Source: Candidatus Saccharimonadota bacterium
GTDB lineage: Bacteria > Patescibacteriota > Saccharimonadia > Saccharimonadales > UBA4665
Length of the DNA: 32,000 nucleotides
Reading direction: 5' to 3'
Assembly: GCA_963716945.1 (NCBI GenBank)
Contig: OY970322.1
Coordinates: 120,001 to 152,000 of the forward strand
The position numbers and the translations under genes are program-made. The notes under the pieces are model-generated. The model did not search any database. It saw nothing but the letters and a program-made list of their open reading frames with translations, and was not told the DNA's origin. Shown in pieces: positions 1-9,746 of the stretch (position 1 is its first letter; every line of letters starts with the position of its first letter).

Positions 1-899
1 GTATGCAAGACGAAGTTTTCGAAATTGACATCGTGGCGCAGGCCGATGGCCAGGCCGCCGCCGATTATTAGCAAAGCCGCCGCCGCGGCCAAGCCGATCC
101 GCTGCGACCGCCGCGACAGCCGGCCGAGAAACAGGACCGTGACCAGGCTCAAGGCGGCGCCGACCCAGGCGCTGCGCGAGAAGGTGAAAAACAGCACCAC
201 CAGCGCTGCGGCCAGGAACAAGCCCTGACGCCAGTTGCGCCGGCCGCGCGTCAGCCTGACCGCCACCAGGCTAATCGGGATGACCAGGTAAGCGCCCAAA
301 GGGTTAGCCCCGCGCAAGGTCGAAAAAAACCGGACGTAATGCTGGTTATGGTTAATCGTCTCGACCGGCGGTATCGTCGAAGCGTTATAGCCGAAATGGC
401 TCAAAAAATCGTTGGGCAGGACAAATATCTGGAGCAGCCCGAAAACCACCACGGCCACCGCCGGCCAATATACCAGCCACTGCCAGTTGGCCCGCAACCG
501 CGTCAAGCGCAAGGCTACCGCCCAGGCTACCAGGAAGAAGACCAGGAACCGCAAGTTAACAATCAGGCCGTAGCCCAGCGCCTTGGCATTGACGTCATGC
601 TGGTTGAGCGCCAGCAAGCCCCAGACGACACTCAGCAGCATATAGGCGAAAATCAGCCAGACCAGCCGGCGCGTCAAGGTGTGGCTGCGGATCTTGTGGT
701 CGGCCGCAATCAGGTAAATCGCGCCGATCGTGCAAAGCACTAGCAAGCCCTCTTTCCAGAGGCGCAGCGCCGTATAATGGCCGAACAGGCTGGCACCCCA
801 GACGGTCAGGAAAGCATGGAACGGCATCAGCAGCAGGATGGCCATGACAATACCGCTCACCCACGTCAAAACCGTATACTTCAGCGCCGATGTTTTCAT
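1..899 (-). CDS. O-antigen ligase / Wzy-like polytopic membrane protein, N-terminal ~299 codons (3' end runs off the window start)
   Basis: This ORF is absent from the track because no stop lies inside the window. The start ATG is the complement of 897-899. I stepped through every minus-strand codon of that frame (plus-strand triplets starting at 3, 6 ... 897) and found no tta/cta/tca. The hand translation MKTSALKYTVLTWVSGIVMAILLLMPFHAFLTVWGASLFGHYTALRLWKEG...LFLAAALVVLFFTFSRSAWVGAALSLVTVLFLG is multi-TM. It carries the F-S-R-S-A-W loop typical of Wzy_C/O-antigen-ligase family proteins. Track ORFs 25..228(+), 339..743(+) and 595..864(-) are off-frame shadows of it. Confidence 0.7.
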   Translation of the reverse strand, partial: MKTSALKYTVLTWVSGIVMAILLLMPFHAFLTVWGASLFGHYTALRLWKEGLLVLCTIGAIYLIAADHKIRSHTLTRRLVWLIFAYMLLSVVWGLLALNQHDVNAKALGYGLIVNLRFLVFFLVAWAVALRLTRLRANWQWLVYWPAVAVVVFGLLQIFVLPNDFLSHFGYNASTIPPVETINHNQHYVRFFSTLRGANPLGAYLVIPISLVAVRLTRGRRNWRQGLFLAAALVVLFFTFSRSAWVGAALSLVTVLFLGRLSRRSQRIGLAAAAALLIIGGGLAIGLRHDVNFENFVLH

Positions 900-950
900 A
901 ATGCTACAATTTAGTATAGCTTAGGTTTCCGTGTCTATAAGCAGTACCCT

Positions 951-2393
951 ATGAAAAATAACGCTTCGCTCGTCTACAACTTTTGCCTGATTATCGGTGA
1001 CGCCCTGGCCATCACCGTGGCTTTTACCATCGCTTACATCTTGAGGGTAACGCTGGACCATCAGCCCTTGAGCGCCAATGTCCACGCCCATACTTACATC
1101 ACCATCCTGGTCAGCCTGCTGCCGTTCTGGATTCTGATCTTCGGCCTGCTGGGCCTGTACAACCTGAGGGTTTACGAGAAACGGTTCTCTGAGTTGGGCC
1201 GCCTGCTGGTCGGGACGTTCATCGGCATGCTGTTCGTCATCAGTTACAGCTACATGACCAACACCGTGATTTTTCCGGCCCGGCTGGTGACGGCTTACGG
1301 TTTCGGCCTGGCTTTCTTCTTCGTCCTGCTGTTCCGGACCGTGGCCCGGGGCCTGCGCCGCGAGCTCTTCGGCTACGGTATCGGCATCAACCAGGTGCTG
1401 CTGGTCGGCGATACCAAGACCACCCACCGCCTGATTGACGCCTTGTCCAACACGACCATCACCGGTTATCGGGTTGTCGGGGTCGTCGGCGGCATCAAGC
1501 ATCCGCTTAAGCCGGGCATTTCTTATAAACAGTACGATAGTTTCGCCGACGCCGTTCACCATCTCCGGGGCCGCCAGCTGCATACCATTATCCAGACTGA
1601 GCTCTACGCCGCCGGCGAGCGGAATGACGAAATCCTGACCTACGCCCAAGAGCATCATGCGGCTTACCGTTTCGTACCGGGCAACAGCGAATTGTTTGTC
1701 GGCAAGATAGAGGTCGACCTATTCCATGCCGTGCCGATTATCGCCGTCCACCAAACCGCCCTGATCGGCTGGGGCCGGGTGGTCAAACGGTTGACCGACC
1801 TGCTGTTGGGCGGTTTGATGCTCGTCATCGCCACGCCGTTCATGCTGCTGACCGCCATAGCCGTCAAGCTGACCGACGGCGGGCCGGTCTTTTTCCGGCA
1901 GGAGCGGCTCAGCCGTTTCCACACCAAAGTAAGGATTTTCAAATTCCGGTCTCTCAAATTACGCTATAACGGCCTGGACCCGGAAGAGGCCTTCCGGAAG
2001 CTGGACCAGCCGGAGCTGCTAGAGGCTTACCGCCGCGGCGGCGACCACTTGCCCGACGACCCGCGGCTGACCAGGGTTGGCCGCTTCATCCGCCGCAACA
2101 GCATTGATGAACTGCCGCAGCTTATCAACGTCGTGCGCGGCGACATCAGCCTGGTCGGGCCGCGGGCGCTAGTGCCTTATGAACTCGACAGCTACGCCCA
2201 AAAGAATCTGATTCTAAGCGTCAAATCCGGTATGACCGGCCTGGCCCAGATTTCCGGCGTCAGCGACCTGAGCTTCGAAGAACGCCGGAAGCTGGATCTG
2301 TATTACGTCCAGAATTGGAGCTTCTGGGGCGACCTCGTCATACTGGTCAAGACGTTCTGGGTGGTGGTCTTCCATAAGGGTACCCGGGGATGA
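951..2393 (+). CDS. Polyprenyl-phosphate sugar-1-phosphate transferase (WbaP/CpsE-type initiating bacterial sugar transferase)
   Basis: 480-aa ORF with N-terminal TM helices. The C-terminus has the bacterial sugar transferase signature [29 protein letters not shown] ... [10 protein letters not shown] ... [15 protein letters not shown]. Its stop overlaps the next start (ATGA at 2390-2393). Confidence 0.9.
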   Translation: MKNNASLVYNFCLIIGDALAITVAFTIAYILRVTLDHQPLSANVHAHTYITILVSLLPFWILIFGLLGLYNLRVYEKRFSELGRLLVGTFIGMLFVISYSYMTNTVIFPARLVTAYGFGLAFFFVLLFRTVARGLRRELFGYGIGINQVLLVGDTKTTHRLIDALSNTTITGYRVVGVVGGIKHPLKPGISYKQYDSFADAVHHLRGRQLHTIIQTELYAAGERNDEILTYAQEHHAAYRFVPGNSELFVGKIEVDLFHAVPIIAVHQTALIGWGRVVKRLTDLLLGGLMLVIATPFMLLTAIAVKLTDGGPVFFRQERLSRFHTKVRIFKFRSLKLRYNGLDPEEAFRKLDQPELLEAYRRGGDHLPDDPRLTRVGRFIRRNSIDELPQLINVVRGDISLVGPRALVPYELDSYAQKNLILSVKSGMTGLAQISGVSDLSFEERRKLDLYYVQNWSFWGDLVILVKTFWVVVFHKGTRG

Positions 2394-3529
2394 GCGCCGA
2401 CGGCGGCAGGGCGGCCGGCAAGAAGCTAAAGGTCGCCATTGTTTGCGACTGGCTGACCGGTATCGGCGGCGCCGAACGGGTCGTCTATGAACTGCACAAG
2501 CTGTACCCGAAGGCGCCGATTTACACCTCGCAATACGACCCCGGCAAACTCAGCTGGTTCGAGGACGCCGACGTGCGGACGACCTGGCTGCAGCGCCTGC
2601 CGAAAGGCCTGAAGAAGTTCTTGCCCCTGCTCCGGGCCTGGACTTTTAGCCGTCTTGACCTGAGCGGCTACGACCTGGTGCTGTCTTCGAGCGGCGCCGA
2701 GGCCAAAGGCGTACATACCGGCCCGGACACCATCCACATCTGTTACTGCCATTCGCCGACCCAGTACTACTGGATACGCCATGACGAGTACCTGGAGAAC
2801 CCCGGCTTCCCGCTCGGCCTGAACTGGTTGGCCCGCCTGGGCCTGCGGCTGCTGGTCGGGCCGCTCAAGCGCTGGGACCGGCACGCCGCCCGGCGGCCCG
2901 ATTACCTGGTAGCCAACTCCACCCATACCCAGGCCATGATCAAGCGCTACTACCGGCGCGACTCGGAGGTTATCTTCCCGCCGGTCGAGACCGACCGCTT
3001 CAAGTCGCGCGACAAGACGGTTCTGCGGCACGGTTTCGTGGTCGCCGGCCGCCAGACGCCTTACAAGCGGTTTGACCTGGCTATCCGGGCCTGCGACGAA
3101 CTGAAAATACCGCTGCTGGTCATCGGCGACGGTCCGGACCACCGCCGGCTGGAAAAGCTGGCCGGCCGCGGCACGACCTTCCTGTCTAACGTTAACGACA
3201 GCGAGATCGTCGGACATTTTGCGTCGGCGCTGGGTTTTATCCTGCCTAACATGGATGATTTCGGCATCGTGGCCGTCGAGGCCATGGCCGCCGGCACGCC
3301 GGTTATCGCTTATAATAAGGGTGGTGCCCTGGATTACGTCGTACCGGGCAAGACCGGCCTGTTTTTTGACAAGCAAACCGTCAAGAGCCTGGTCCCGGTC
3401 CTGGAAACGGCGGCGGCCAAAACCTTTAATTATGAAGCCATTGCCAAACACGCCGGGCAGTTTTCGGTATTGACTTTTAGAAAAAATATGCAAAACTATA
3501 TAAATCAGTGTTTAGCTGAAAGAAAGTAG
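2390..3529 (+). CDS. Glycosyltransferase family 4 (GT-B fold)
   Basis: 379-aa ORF. The C-terminal motif GFILPNMDDFGIVAVEAMAAGTPVIAYNKGGALDYVVPGKTGLFF is of the E-x7-E type. It is translationally coupled to the upstream gene. Confidence 0.85.
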   Translation: MSADGGRAAGKKLKVAIVCDWLTGIGGAERVVYELHKLYPKAPIYTSQYDPGKLSWFEDADVRTTWLQRLPKGLKKFLPLLRAWTFSRLDLSGYDLVLSSSGAEAKGVHTGPDTIHICYCHSPTQYYWIRHDEYLENPGFPLGLNWLARLGLRLLVGPLKRWDRHAARRPDYLVANSTHTQAMIKRYYRRDSEVIFPPVETDRFKSRDKTVLRHGFVVAGRQTPYKRFDLAIRACDELKIPLLVIGDGPDHRRLEKLAGRGTTFLSNVNDSEIVGHFASALGFILPNMDDFGIVAVEAMAAGTPVIAYNKGGALDYVVPGKTGLFFDKQTVKSLVPVLETAAAKTFNYEAIAKHAGQFSVLTFRKNMQNYINQCLAERK

Positions 3530-3537
3530 GCTGATAG

Positions 3538-5364
3538 ATGTGCGGAATAGTCGGTTATATCGGTAAAAAGTCCGGCGTGGAAGTCGTTCTGACGGGCCTT
3601 GAGGCGCTCGAGTACCGCGGTTACGACTCGGCCGGCATAGCCGTCGTCAACGAGAACGGCAACGAAGTCGTCAAGCAGGTCGGCCGCGTTACCGGCCTGA
3701 TAGAAACGGTCAGAGACCAGCACCTGGACGCCAAACTGGTAATCGGCCACACCCGCTGGGCCACCCATGGCACCCCGACCATCCGGAACGCCCACCCCCA
3801 GGTTAACAACGCCTCGACGATCTCGGTCGTCCACAACGGTATTATCGAGAACTTCGCCGAGCTGCGCGAGCGGCTTGAGGCCGAAGGCTACACCTTCGCC
3901 TCCGATACCGATACCGAAGTCGTACCTAATCTGATTGACTACTATGCCAAGCAGTTGTCCTCGTTCGAGGCGGCGTTTGAGGCGGCCTTGAACGATGTCC
4001 GGGGCGCATACGCCATCGCCGCCGTCACGGCCGATGAGCCCGGCACCTTGTACGCCGCCCGCCTGTCCAGCCCGCTGGTTATCGGCGTCGGCCAGGGCGA
4101 GCACATCCTGGCGTCCGATCCGGCGGCGATTATGAATCACACTAAAAAAGTTATTTACCTGGAAGATTACGACGTGGCGGTCATTACCGGCGACAAGGTC
4201 AAAATCCACAACCTCAAAGACGAAAAACGCCCCGCCCAGGAAGCCGAATTGCTGGATTACGATAACGAACAAGCCGTGCTCGGCGACTTCCCCAACTTCA
4301 TGCTCAAAGAGGTTTATGAGGCGCCGGCCACGATTAAGGCGGCCACCCTGGGACGTGTCCAGGCCGACAAGAGCCTGGTTAAGCTCGGCGGCCTGGAAAA
4401 CGTCCTCGGCGAACTCAAATATATAGACCGGATCGTCATCGTGGCTTGCGGCACGTCTTACTACGCCGGCCTGGTCGGCGAATACCTGATCGAGGAACTG
4501 GCCGGCATACCGGTCGAAGTCCAGCTGGCCAGCGAGTTCAAATACCGCAATGAGCCCTTCTCGCGCAGCACCGCCCTGCTGGCCATCTCGCAGTCCGGCG
4601 AAACGGCCGACACCATCGCCGCCCTTAAGAAGGTCGAGGATTACGGCGTCCTGCGGCTGGGTATCGTTAACTCCATCGGCAGCACCATCGCCCGCATGAC
4701 CGACGCCGGCGTTTATTGCCACGCCGGGCCCGAACAGGCGGTCGCCAGCACTAAGGCTTTCTTGGCCCAGGTAACGGTTTTGACCTTGATCGCCCTGCAC
4801 CTGAATAACGGCCAGAGCAAACGTTTCAAGCCGCTGCTCGAAGAACTCGACAGCCTGCCGGCCAAAGCCCAGGCGGTCCTGGATAACGCCGGCGAAATCA
4901 AGCGCATCGCCGAGAAATACGCCGGCTACCGCGACTTTCTTTACATCGGCCGCAACAACGCCTACCCGTCGGCTATGGAAGGCGCGCTGAAGTTAAAGGA
5001 AGTTTCTTACCTGCACGCCGAGGCCTACGCCGCCGGCGAGATGAAACACGGTCCGCTGGCCATGATCGACAAGGACTTCCCGACTTTCGTGATCGCTACC
5101 GATTCGCCGTTGCTCGAAAAGACCTACTCCAACATCCAGGAAATCCGCGCCCGCGGCGGCCCGGTCATCGCCTTGGCCACCAAGGGCAACAAAGACATAC
5201 AAAAGCTCTGTGACGACGTCATCTATATGCCGGCGACGGCCCTGGAAACACAGCCCATCCTTCACGCTATCATCACCCAGCTGTTCGCCTATTACATAGC
5301 CACGGCCCGCGGCTACGAAGTCGACCGGCCGCGCAACCTGGCCAAGTCGGTCACCGTCGAATAG
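3538..5364 (+). CDS. glmS: Glutamine--fructose-6-phosphate aminotransferase (isomerizing)
   Basis: 608 aa. The N-terminus MCGIVGYIG has the Cys2 of an Ntn amidotransferase. Two SIS-type halves follow, and the C-terminus ends ...RPRNLAKSVTVE. These are hallmark GlmS features. Confidence 0.97.
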   Translation: MCGIVGYIGKKSGVEVVLTGLEALEYRGYDSAGIAVVNENGNEVVKQVGRVTGLIETVRDQHLDAKLVIGHTRWATHGTPTIRNAHPQVNNASTISVVHNGIIENFAELRERLEAEGYTFASDTDTEVVPNLIDYYAKQLSSFEAAFEAALNDVRGAYAIAAVTADEPGTLYAARLSSPLVIGVGQGEHILASDPAAIMNHTKKVIYLEDYDVAVITGDKVKIHNLKDEKRPAQEAELLDYDNEQAVLGDFPNFMLKEVYEAPATIKAATLGRVQADKSLVKLGGLENVLGELKYIDRIVIVACGTSYYAGLVGEYLIEELAGIPVEVQLASEFKYRNEPFSRSTALLAISQSGETADTIAALKKVEDYGVLRLGIVNSIGSTIARMTDAGVYCHAGPEQAVASTKAFLAQVTVLTLIALHLNNGQSKRFKPLLEELDSLPAKAQAVLDNAGEIKRIAEKYAGYRDFLYIGRNNAYPSAMEGALKLKEVSYLHAEAYAAGEMKHGPLAMIDKDFPTFVIATDSPLLEKTYSNIQEIRARGGPVIALATKGNKDIQKLCDDVIYMPATALETQPILHAIITQLFAYYIATARGYEVDRPRNLAKSVTVE

Positions 5365-5368
5365 GCGC

Positions 5369-6145
5369 TTAGGCTTGTTTGAGAATGTCCCCGACAACGG
5401 CCGCGGTGTCCTGCCAGCGTGATATCTGCAGGCAGTCGATGCCCATGGCTTTGACCGGATAGTCGTTGCCGCCTTCTTGCATGCGGTCGCCGATGAAAAG
5501 TATGTCGGCCTGGTCGATCTTCAGTATTTCCATCAGCTTTTTCATGCCATAGGCCTTGTCGATACCGGGTTTGGTCACGTCAATCGAGGTCACGCCGCCG
5601 GTCCGGACTTCGAATTCGGGCAGCAGAGCGGCGATATAGTCGCGCAGTTCGGTTTTTTTCTTATTATCCGGGTCCCAGGCATCGCGGCGGCGGATGCCTT
5701 CGGCGCCCAGGGTCTCGACTATGTCCTGGCCGAGCGCCGAGAACGTCACCTGGCTGCCGCGGTCATCGATACAATCGCCGTAAACCTCGCCGCCGCGGTA
5801 GCCGAGGTCGTCGAAGCCTTTGTTCAGGGCGGCGGTAATTTTTTGCTTCTGCTCGTCGGTCAAATCTTCGGCGTAAACCTGCCGCCAGTTATGGGCCGCC
5901 GGATCGTAAACGTGGTAGCGCGTACCACAAGCCGGCATCAGGTGCAGCCGCCCAAGTTTGTCCGGGTCGGTCGTGAGGCCGGCCAGCAGCTGCTTGTCAA
6001 ACCGCTTGAAGCCGCCGCCGGAGATGACGCAGACCTGGAACTTGTCCAGCAAGCGGTCCAGCAGCCCGGCCATCCGGCCGTCAATCAGCGACCGGTTATC
6101 GGTCAGTGTCCGGTCGAGGTCGAAGGCTATGAGTTTTTTAGCCAA
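5369..6145 (-). CDS. HAD-IIB family hydrolase, resembling eukaryotic-type phosphomannomutase
   Basis: 258 aa. The motifs FDLDRTLT, ISGGG, SIDVTKPGIDKAYGM and GDRMQEGGNDYPV follow the HAD-IIB motif order. They resemble, as I recall it, the PMM pattern FDVDGTLT / GGSD / SFDVFPEGWDK / GGNDFE. Only 9 nt separate it from the manC stop, so co-transcription is likely. Confidence 0.6.
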   Translation of the reverse strand: MAKKLIAFDLDRTLTDNRSLIDGRMAGLLDRLLDKFQVCVISGGGFKRFDKQLLAGLTTDPDKLGRLHLMPACGTRYHVYDPAAHNWRQVYAEDLTDEQKQKITAALNKGFDDLGYRGGEVYGDCIDDRGSQVTFSALGQDIVETLGAEGIRRRDAWDPDNKKKTELRDYIAALLPEFEVRTGGVTSIDVTKPGIDKAYGMKKLMEILKIDQADILFIGDRMQEGGNDYPVKAMGIDCLQISRWQDTAAVVGDILKQA

Positions 6146-6154
6146 ACCGGGCCG

Positions 6155-7189
6155 CTAGCTTTCGTTAAGGCGCTTGCTGATTTCGCCGATTTTTTGGGAC
6201 AGATCCTTGCGAGCGACCAGCAGGCCTTTGGGCGTGTTGACGACGACCACGTTGTCGAGCCCTAGCACTACCAGCGGCTTTTCTTCGTAATTCTGGACGA
6301 ACGAGTTATCGACTTCCTCGATCTCGACCCGGCCGTGGACATGGTTCCCCTGTTCGTCGCTGCCGACGGCTTTGTGCAGGTCGCCGAAAGAACCCAGGTC
6401 CATCCAGTCGAACGAGGCCTGGACTACCAGCAGGTCCTTAACTTTTTCGATGAGCGCGTAATCGATGGCTTCGCTTTTGAGCTCCAGGTAGGCGGCTTCG
6501 TAGCCCTCGGGACCGGCAGCGTTCAGCTTGTCGTAGGCCGCCAGCAAGTCCGGGGCGTAGGCCTGCATTTTTTGCCGGAAAGTTTTGACGGAACCGACGA
6601 AATAGCCGGCGTTCCACAGGTAGTCGCCGCTCTTCAGATATTCGTTGGCGGTATCAAAGTCCGGTTTCTCCTTGAATGAGCTGACATTGTAAGCCAGCAC
6701 CTTGCTGTCGAAGGCCGCGCCTTTCTGGATGTAGCCGAAACAGGTCGCCGGGTAGTCCGGCTCGATGCCGACCAGGACAATGCGCTGGTGGGCTTGCGAA
6801 GTTTCGGCGGCGGCTTTCAGGCTGCCGACAAAGCCGGCCGTGTCACGGATATAGTGGTCGGCATGGATAAAGGCGATCGGTTCGTCCTCGCCGTGCTGGC
6901 CGGCGATACGGCTCAGGGCGGCGATGATACAGTTGGCCGTACCCCTGCGGGCCGGTTCGACGATAAAGCCTTCCGGCTTCAGGTCCGGCAGCTGCTCCCG
7001 AACGTGCTTGATGTGGCTGTTTTCGGAAACGACGTAGATATGGTCGGCCAGCTGGCTGGCCCGCCGGTAAGTTGCCTGCAGCAGCGAAGTATCCGACCCG
7101 TTGACTTTGAGCAGATGCTTGGGATAGTCCGGCGTTGACAACGGCCAGAGGCGCGTACCCGACCCGCCGGCGATTATGACTACGATCAT
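6155..7189 (-). CDS. manC: Mannose-1-phosphate guanylyltransferase (short form, no PMI/cupin domain)
   Basis: 344 aa. The N-terminal nucleotidyltransferase signature is [18 protein letters not shown]...PKHLL. The length and C-terminus fit the GMP-only form. Confidence 0.85.
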   Translation of the reverse strand: MIVVIIAGGSGTRLWPLSTPDYPKHLLKVNGSDTSLLQATYRRASQLADHIYVVSENSHIKHVREQLPDLKPEGFIVEPARRGTANCIIAALSRIAGQHGEDEPIAFIHADHYIRDTAGFVGSLKAAAETSQAHQRIVLVGIEPDYPATCFGYIQKGAAFDSKVLAYNVSSFKEKPDFDTANEYLKSGDYLWNAGYFVGSVKTFRQKMQAYAPDLLAAYDKLNAAGPEGYEAAYLELKSEAIDYALIEKVKDLLVVQASFDWMDLGSFGDLHKAVGSDEQGNHVHGRVEIEEVDNSFVQNYEEKPLVVLGLDNVVVVNTPKGLLVARKDLSQKIGEISKRLNES

Positions 7190-7196
7190 TGTTAAT

Positions 7197-7205
7197 AATA
7201 TAGCA
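7197..7205 (-). promoter_or_regulatory. Extended -10 element (TGCTATATT) 7 nt upstream of the manC ATG; candidate leaderless promoter
   Basis: The minus strand reads atttcTGcTATATTattaacaATG. No Shine-Dalgarno sequence lies between the element and the start. Confidence 0.5.
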
Positions 7206-7275
7206 GAAATAGCCTGGTTGACGGATAGTTCGGCTATAATAGCAAGGAGTCAATAAAAGGAGCTCCGTCTTAATT

Positions 7276-8706
7276 ATGAAAGTGAACCCTCAAATTTTTC
7301 GCGGTTACGACCTACGCGGCTTAGTCGACAAGGACTTAACTCCGGAAGTAGCCCTGCATCTGGGTAAAGCCTATGGCACCTATTTGACCAGGCGGGATAT
7401 GAACACCGCTGTAGTCGGCCGGGACTGCCGGGCGACCGGACCCGCATATAGCGAGGCTCTGATAGAGGGCTTGCGCTGGGCGGGCGTGAGCGTGACGGAC
7501 ATCGGCATGCAGCTGGTCGGCACTTTTTACTGGTCCCAATATCACCTTCAAATTCCGGCCGGCGTTTACGTCAGTGCATCGCACAACCCGCCTGAGTTCA
7601 ACGGCTTCAAATTCGCCAACGATTACTCGGAAACGCTGGTCAGCGACGGTATGCAGGAATTGCGCAAAATGGTCGAGGACGAAGATTATGACCAAGGCGC
7701 CTCTGAAGGCACTTTCAAGCAGGTCGATATCCGGCCGGCTTATTACGAAGACCTTGTCAAGCGCCTGCCGCTGACTCGGCATTTCAAAGTCGTTGTCGAC
7801 CCCAGCTGCACGACGGCCGGCGAAATCGCCCCGGCCCTGCTCCGGCAAGCCGGCTGTGAAGTCATCGAGTATAACACCAAGGTCGATCCGTCGTTCCCGC
7901 TGGGCGTGGCCGATCCGACCGAGACCCAGGTAGTTGAACGCTTGCGCGACGAAGTTCTGGAGAGCAAGGCTGACATCGGTTTTACCTATGACGCTGACGG
8001 CGACCGTATCGGTATTGTCGATGATGCCGGCAATATTATCTGGAACGACGTGCTGCTGGCTCTGTTCGCCATCGACGTGCTGCGCGACCACCCGGGCGCG
8101 ACCGTCATGTTTAACACGCTGTGCTCGAAAGTCGTGCCCGAAACTATCACGAAGCATGGCGGCAAACCGTTCATGTGGCGCACCGGCCACTCTTTCCTGA
8201 AGAAGAAAAACCAGGAAGTGAAAGCCGTTTTCATCGGTGAGCTGTCAGGTCATTTCTTCTTCTCAGCTGATTTCTACAACCACGACGACGGCCTTTACTC
8301 CACCCTACGCCTGCTGCAAGCTATCGAACGCTCCGGCAAGAAGCTTTCGGAACTGTTGGCCGAACTGCCGCGTTACGTTTCCAGCCCGGAGATCAAAGTT
8401 TTCTGTCCCGACGAAGAAAAAGTCGCCGTTGTCGACAAGCTCGTCCCGATTCTCAAGGAGAAATACCCCGACGCCGAAGTCATCAGCGACCAGCGGGCCG
8501 GGGATGGCATCCGCCTGGAACTCAAGGACGGCATGTTCGTCGTGCGTTATTCGCAAAACGGACCGTACTTGACAATTAAATTCGAAGCCCGCGACGACCA
8601 GGGCTACGAGAGTTTGCGCCAAGCCATCAACGATATTTTGCACCAATTCCCGGAAATCGACTGGGAATCTCCAATCAGCGCCAACGTCGAAGCCTTAAAC
8701 GGTTAG
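7276..8706 (+). CDS. Phosphomannomutase/phosphoglucomutase (alpha-D-phosphohexomutase superfamily)
   Basis: 476 aa. It has the phosphoserine loop SASHNPPEFNGFKF, the metal site FTYDADGDRIG and the sugar loop GELSGHFFF. The substrate (Man/Glc/GlcN) cannot be resolved from sequence alone. Confidence 0.9.
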   Translation: MKVNPQIFRGYDLRGLVDKDLTPEVALHLGKAYGTYLTRRDMNTAVVGRDCRATGPAYSEALIEGLRWAGVSVTDIGMQLVGTFYWSQYHLQIPAGVYVSASHNPPEFNGFKFANDYSETLVSDGMQELRKMVEDEDYDQGASEGTFKQVDIRPAYYEDLVKRLPLTRHFKVVVDPSCTTAGEIAPALLRQAGCEVIEYNTKVDPSFPLGVADPTETQVVERLRDEVLESKADIGFTYDADGDRIGIVDDAGNIIWNDVLLALFAIDVLRDHPGATVMFNTLCSKVVPETITKHGGKPFMWRTGHSFLKKKNQEVKAVFIGELSGHFFFSADFYNHDDGLYSTLRLLQAIERSGKKLSELLAELPRYVSSPEIKVFCPDEEKVAVVDKLVPILKEKYPDAEVISDQRAGDGIRLELKDGMFVVRYSQNGPYLTIKFEARDDQGYESLRQAINDILHQFPEIDWESPISANVEALNG

Positions 8707-8718
8707 GCCGGCACTAGC

Positions 8719-8727
8719 TGATATAAT
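8719..8727 (+). promoter_or_regulatory. Extended -10 element (TGATATAAT) 8 nt upstream of the rfbB ATG; candidate leaderless promoter
   Basis: The sequence reads gcTGaTATAATataggcatATG, a perfect TGnTATAAT. No convincing Shine-Dalgarno sequence is present. Confidence 0.5.
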
Positions 8728-8735
8728 ATAGGCAT

Positions 8736-9746
8736 ATGAAAATACTCGTTACCGGAGGCGCCGGCTTCATCGGCTCCAACTTCGTCCATTACCTGAGGCA
8801 GAATTACCCCGACTACCAAATAGTCGTCATCGACAAACTTAACCAGCAAGGCAACATCGAGAACCTGGCGGCCGTCCGGAACGATATCGAGTTCCACGAG
8901 TTCGACCTGGTCGAAGAAGCCAAACTGGCGCCGATTTTCGAGAGTGGCATTGATTACGTAGCCCACTTCGCGGCCGAGACCAACGTCGACCGGTCAATCG
9001 AGGACCCCGATACCTTCGTCAACAGCAACGTCCTGGCGACCAACATTTTGCTGCGCCTCAGCCGCGACCATAACGTCAAACGTTTCCACCACGTCTCGAC
9101 CGACGAGGTCTTCGGCAGCCTGGAACTGGACAGCGGCGACAAGTTCAATGAGAACACGCCCTACGACCCCCGCAGCCCGTATTCGGCGAGCAAGGCCGGC
9201 AGCGATCATCTCGTACGGTCCTACTTCCATACCTACGGGCTCGACGTTACGATCAGCAACTGTTCCAACAATTACGGCCCTTACCAGGTTCCTGAAAACA
9301 TCGTGCCGGTCTTCGCCCTGATGGCCATGCAGGACAAGCCGCTGACGATTTACGGCGACGGCAAAAGCGTCCGCGACTATCTGTTCGTACTCGACCACTG
9401 CCGGGCTATCGACCTCATCCTGCACAAGGGCAAAGCCGGCGAAACCTACTGCGTCGGCGGCGGCCAGGAACAAAACGGCATTCAGATTGCCGACGGCGTC
9501 TTATCGATTCTTGACAAGCCGGCCGAACTCAAGCAGTTCGTGACCGACCGGCCCGGCCACGACCGGCGCTACGCCATCGATTATTCCAAGCTCAGCCGGG
9601 AGCTCGGCTACGAACCGAGCGTGACGTTCGAGGAAGGTTTGCGCCGGACCATCAAGTGGTACCAGGATAATCCCGGCTGGTGGCAGCCCTACATGGAGAA
9701 GCTGTACGTGCCTAAATTCATGCAAAAGGACGTCGCCAATGCCTGA
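8736..9746 (+). CDS. rfbB: dTDP-glucose 4,6-dehydratase
   Basis: 336 aa. It opens with the Rossmann start MKILVTGGAGFIGSNFV and has the catalytic YSASKAGSD (Y-x3-K). The length is typical of RmlB. Confidence 0.95.
   Translation: MKILVTGGAGFIGSNFVHYLRQNYPDYQIVVIDKLNQQGNIENLAAVRNDIEFHEFDLVEEAKLAPIFESGIDYVAHFAAETNVDRSIEDPDTFVNSNVLATNILLRLSRDHNVKRFHHVSTDEVFGSLELDSGDKFNENTPYDPRSPYSASKAGSDHLVRSYFHTYGLDVTISNCSNNYGPYQVPENIVPVFALMAMQDKPLTIYGDGKSVRDYLFVLDHCRAIDLILHKGKAGETYCVGGGQEQNGIQIADGVLSILDKPAELKQFVTDRPGHDRRYAIDYSKLSRELGYEPSVTFEEGLRRTIKWYQDNPGWWQPYMEKLYVPKFMQKDVANA

Noticed and set aside
921-1658. Track ORF 921..1658 (-, 245 aa).
   Set aside because: It is antisense to the sugar transferase gene and spans the divergent promoter gap. 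It is a shadow ORF.
2426-4800. Long antisense track ORFs 2426..3493 (355 aa) and 3505..4800 (431 aa).
   Set aside because: They lie opposite the well-supported GT4 and glmS genes. Their translations are low-complexity Gly/Arg/Ala/Asp-rich strings typical of shadow ORFs in high-GC DNA. No motifs were seen.
5477-6265. Track ORF 5477..6265 (+, 262 aa), together with 5958..6158 and 6335..6679.
   Set aside because: They are antisense shadows of the HAD and manC genes and carry no recognisable motifs.
7218-7240. TTGACG ... TATAAT, considered as a promoter for the phosphohexomutase gene.
   Set aside because: The spacer is only 11 nt, so the two hexamers cannot work as a -35/-10 pair. TATAAT (7235-7240) alone may still be the -10, but I cannot support a full promoter call.
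7336-8190. Track ORF 7336..8190 (-, 284 aa) and the smaller frames 7574..8646.
   Set aside because: They are antisense or off-frame relative to the phosphohexomutase gene, whose motifs are unambiguous.
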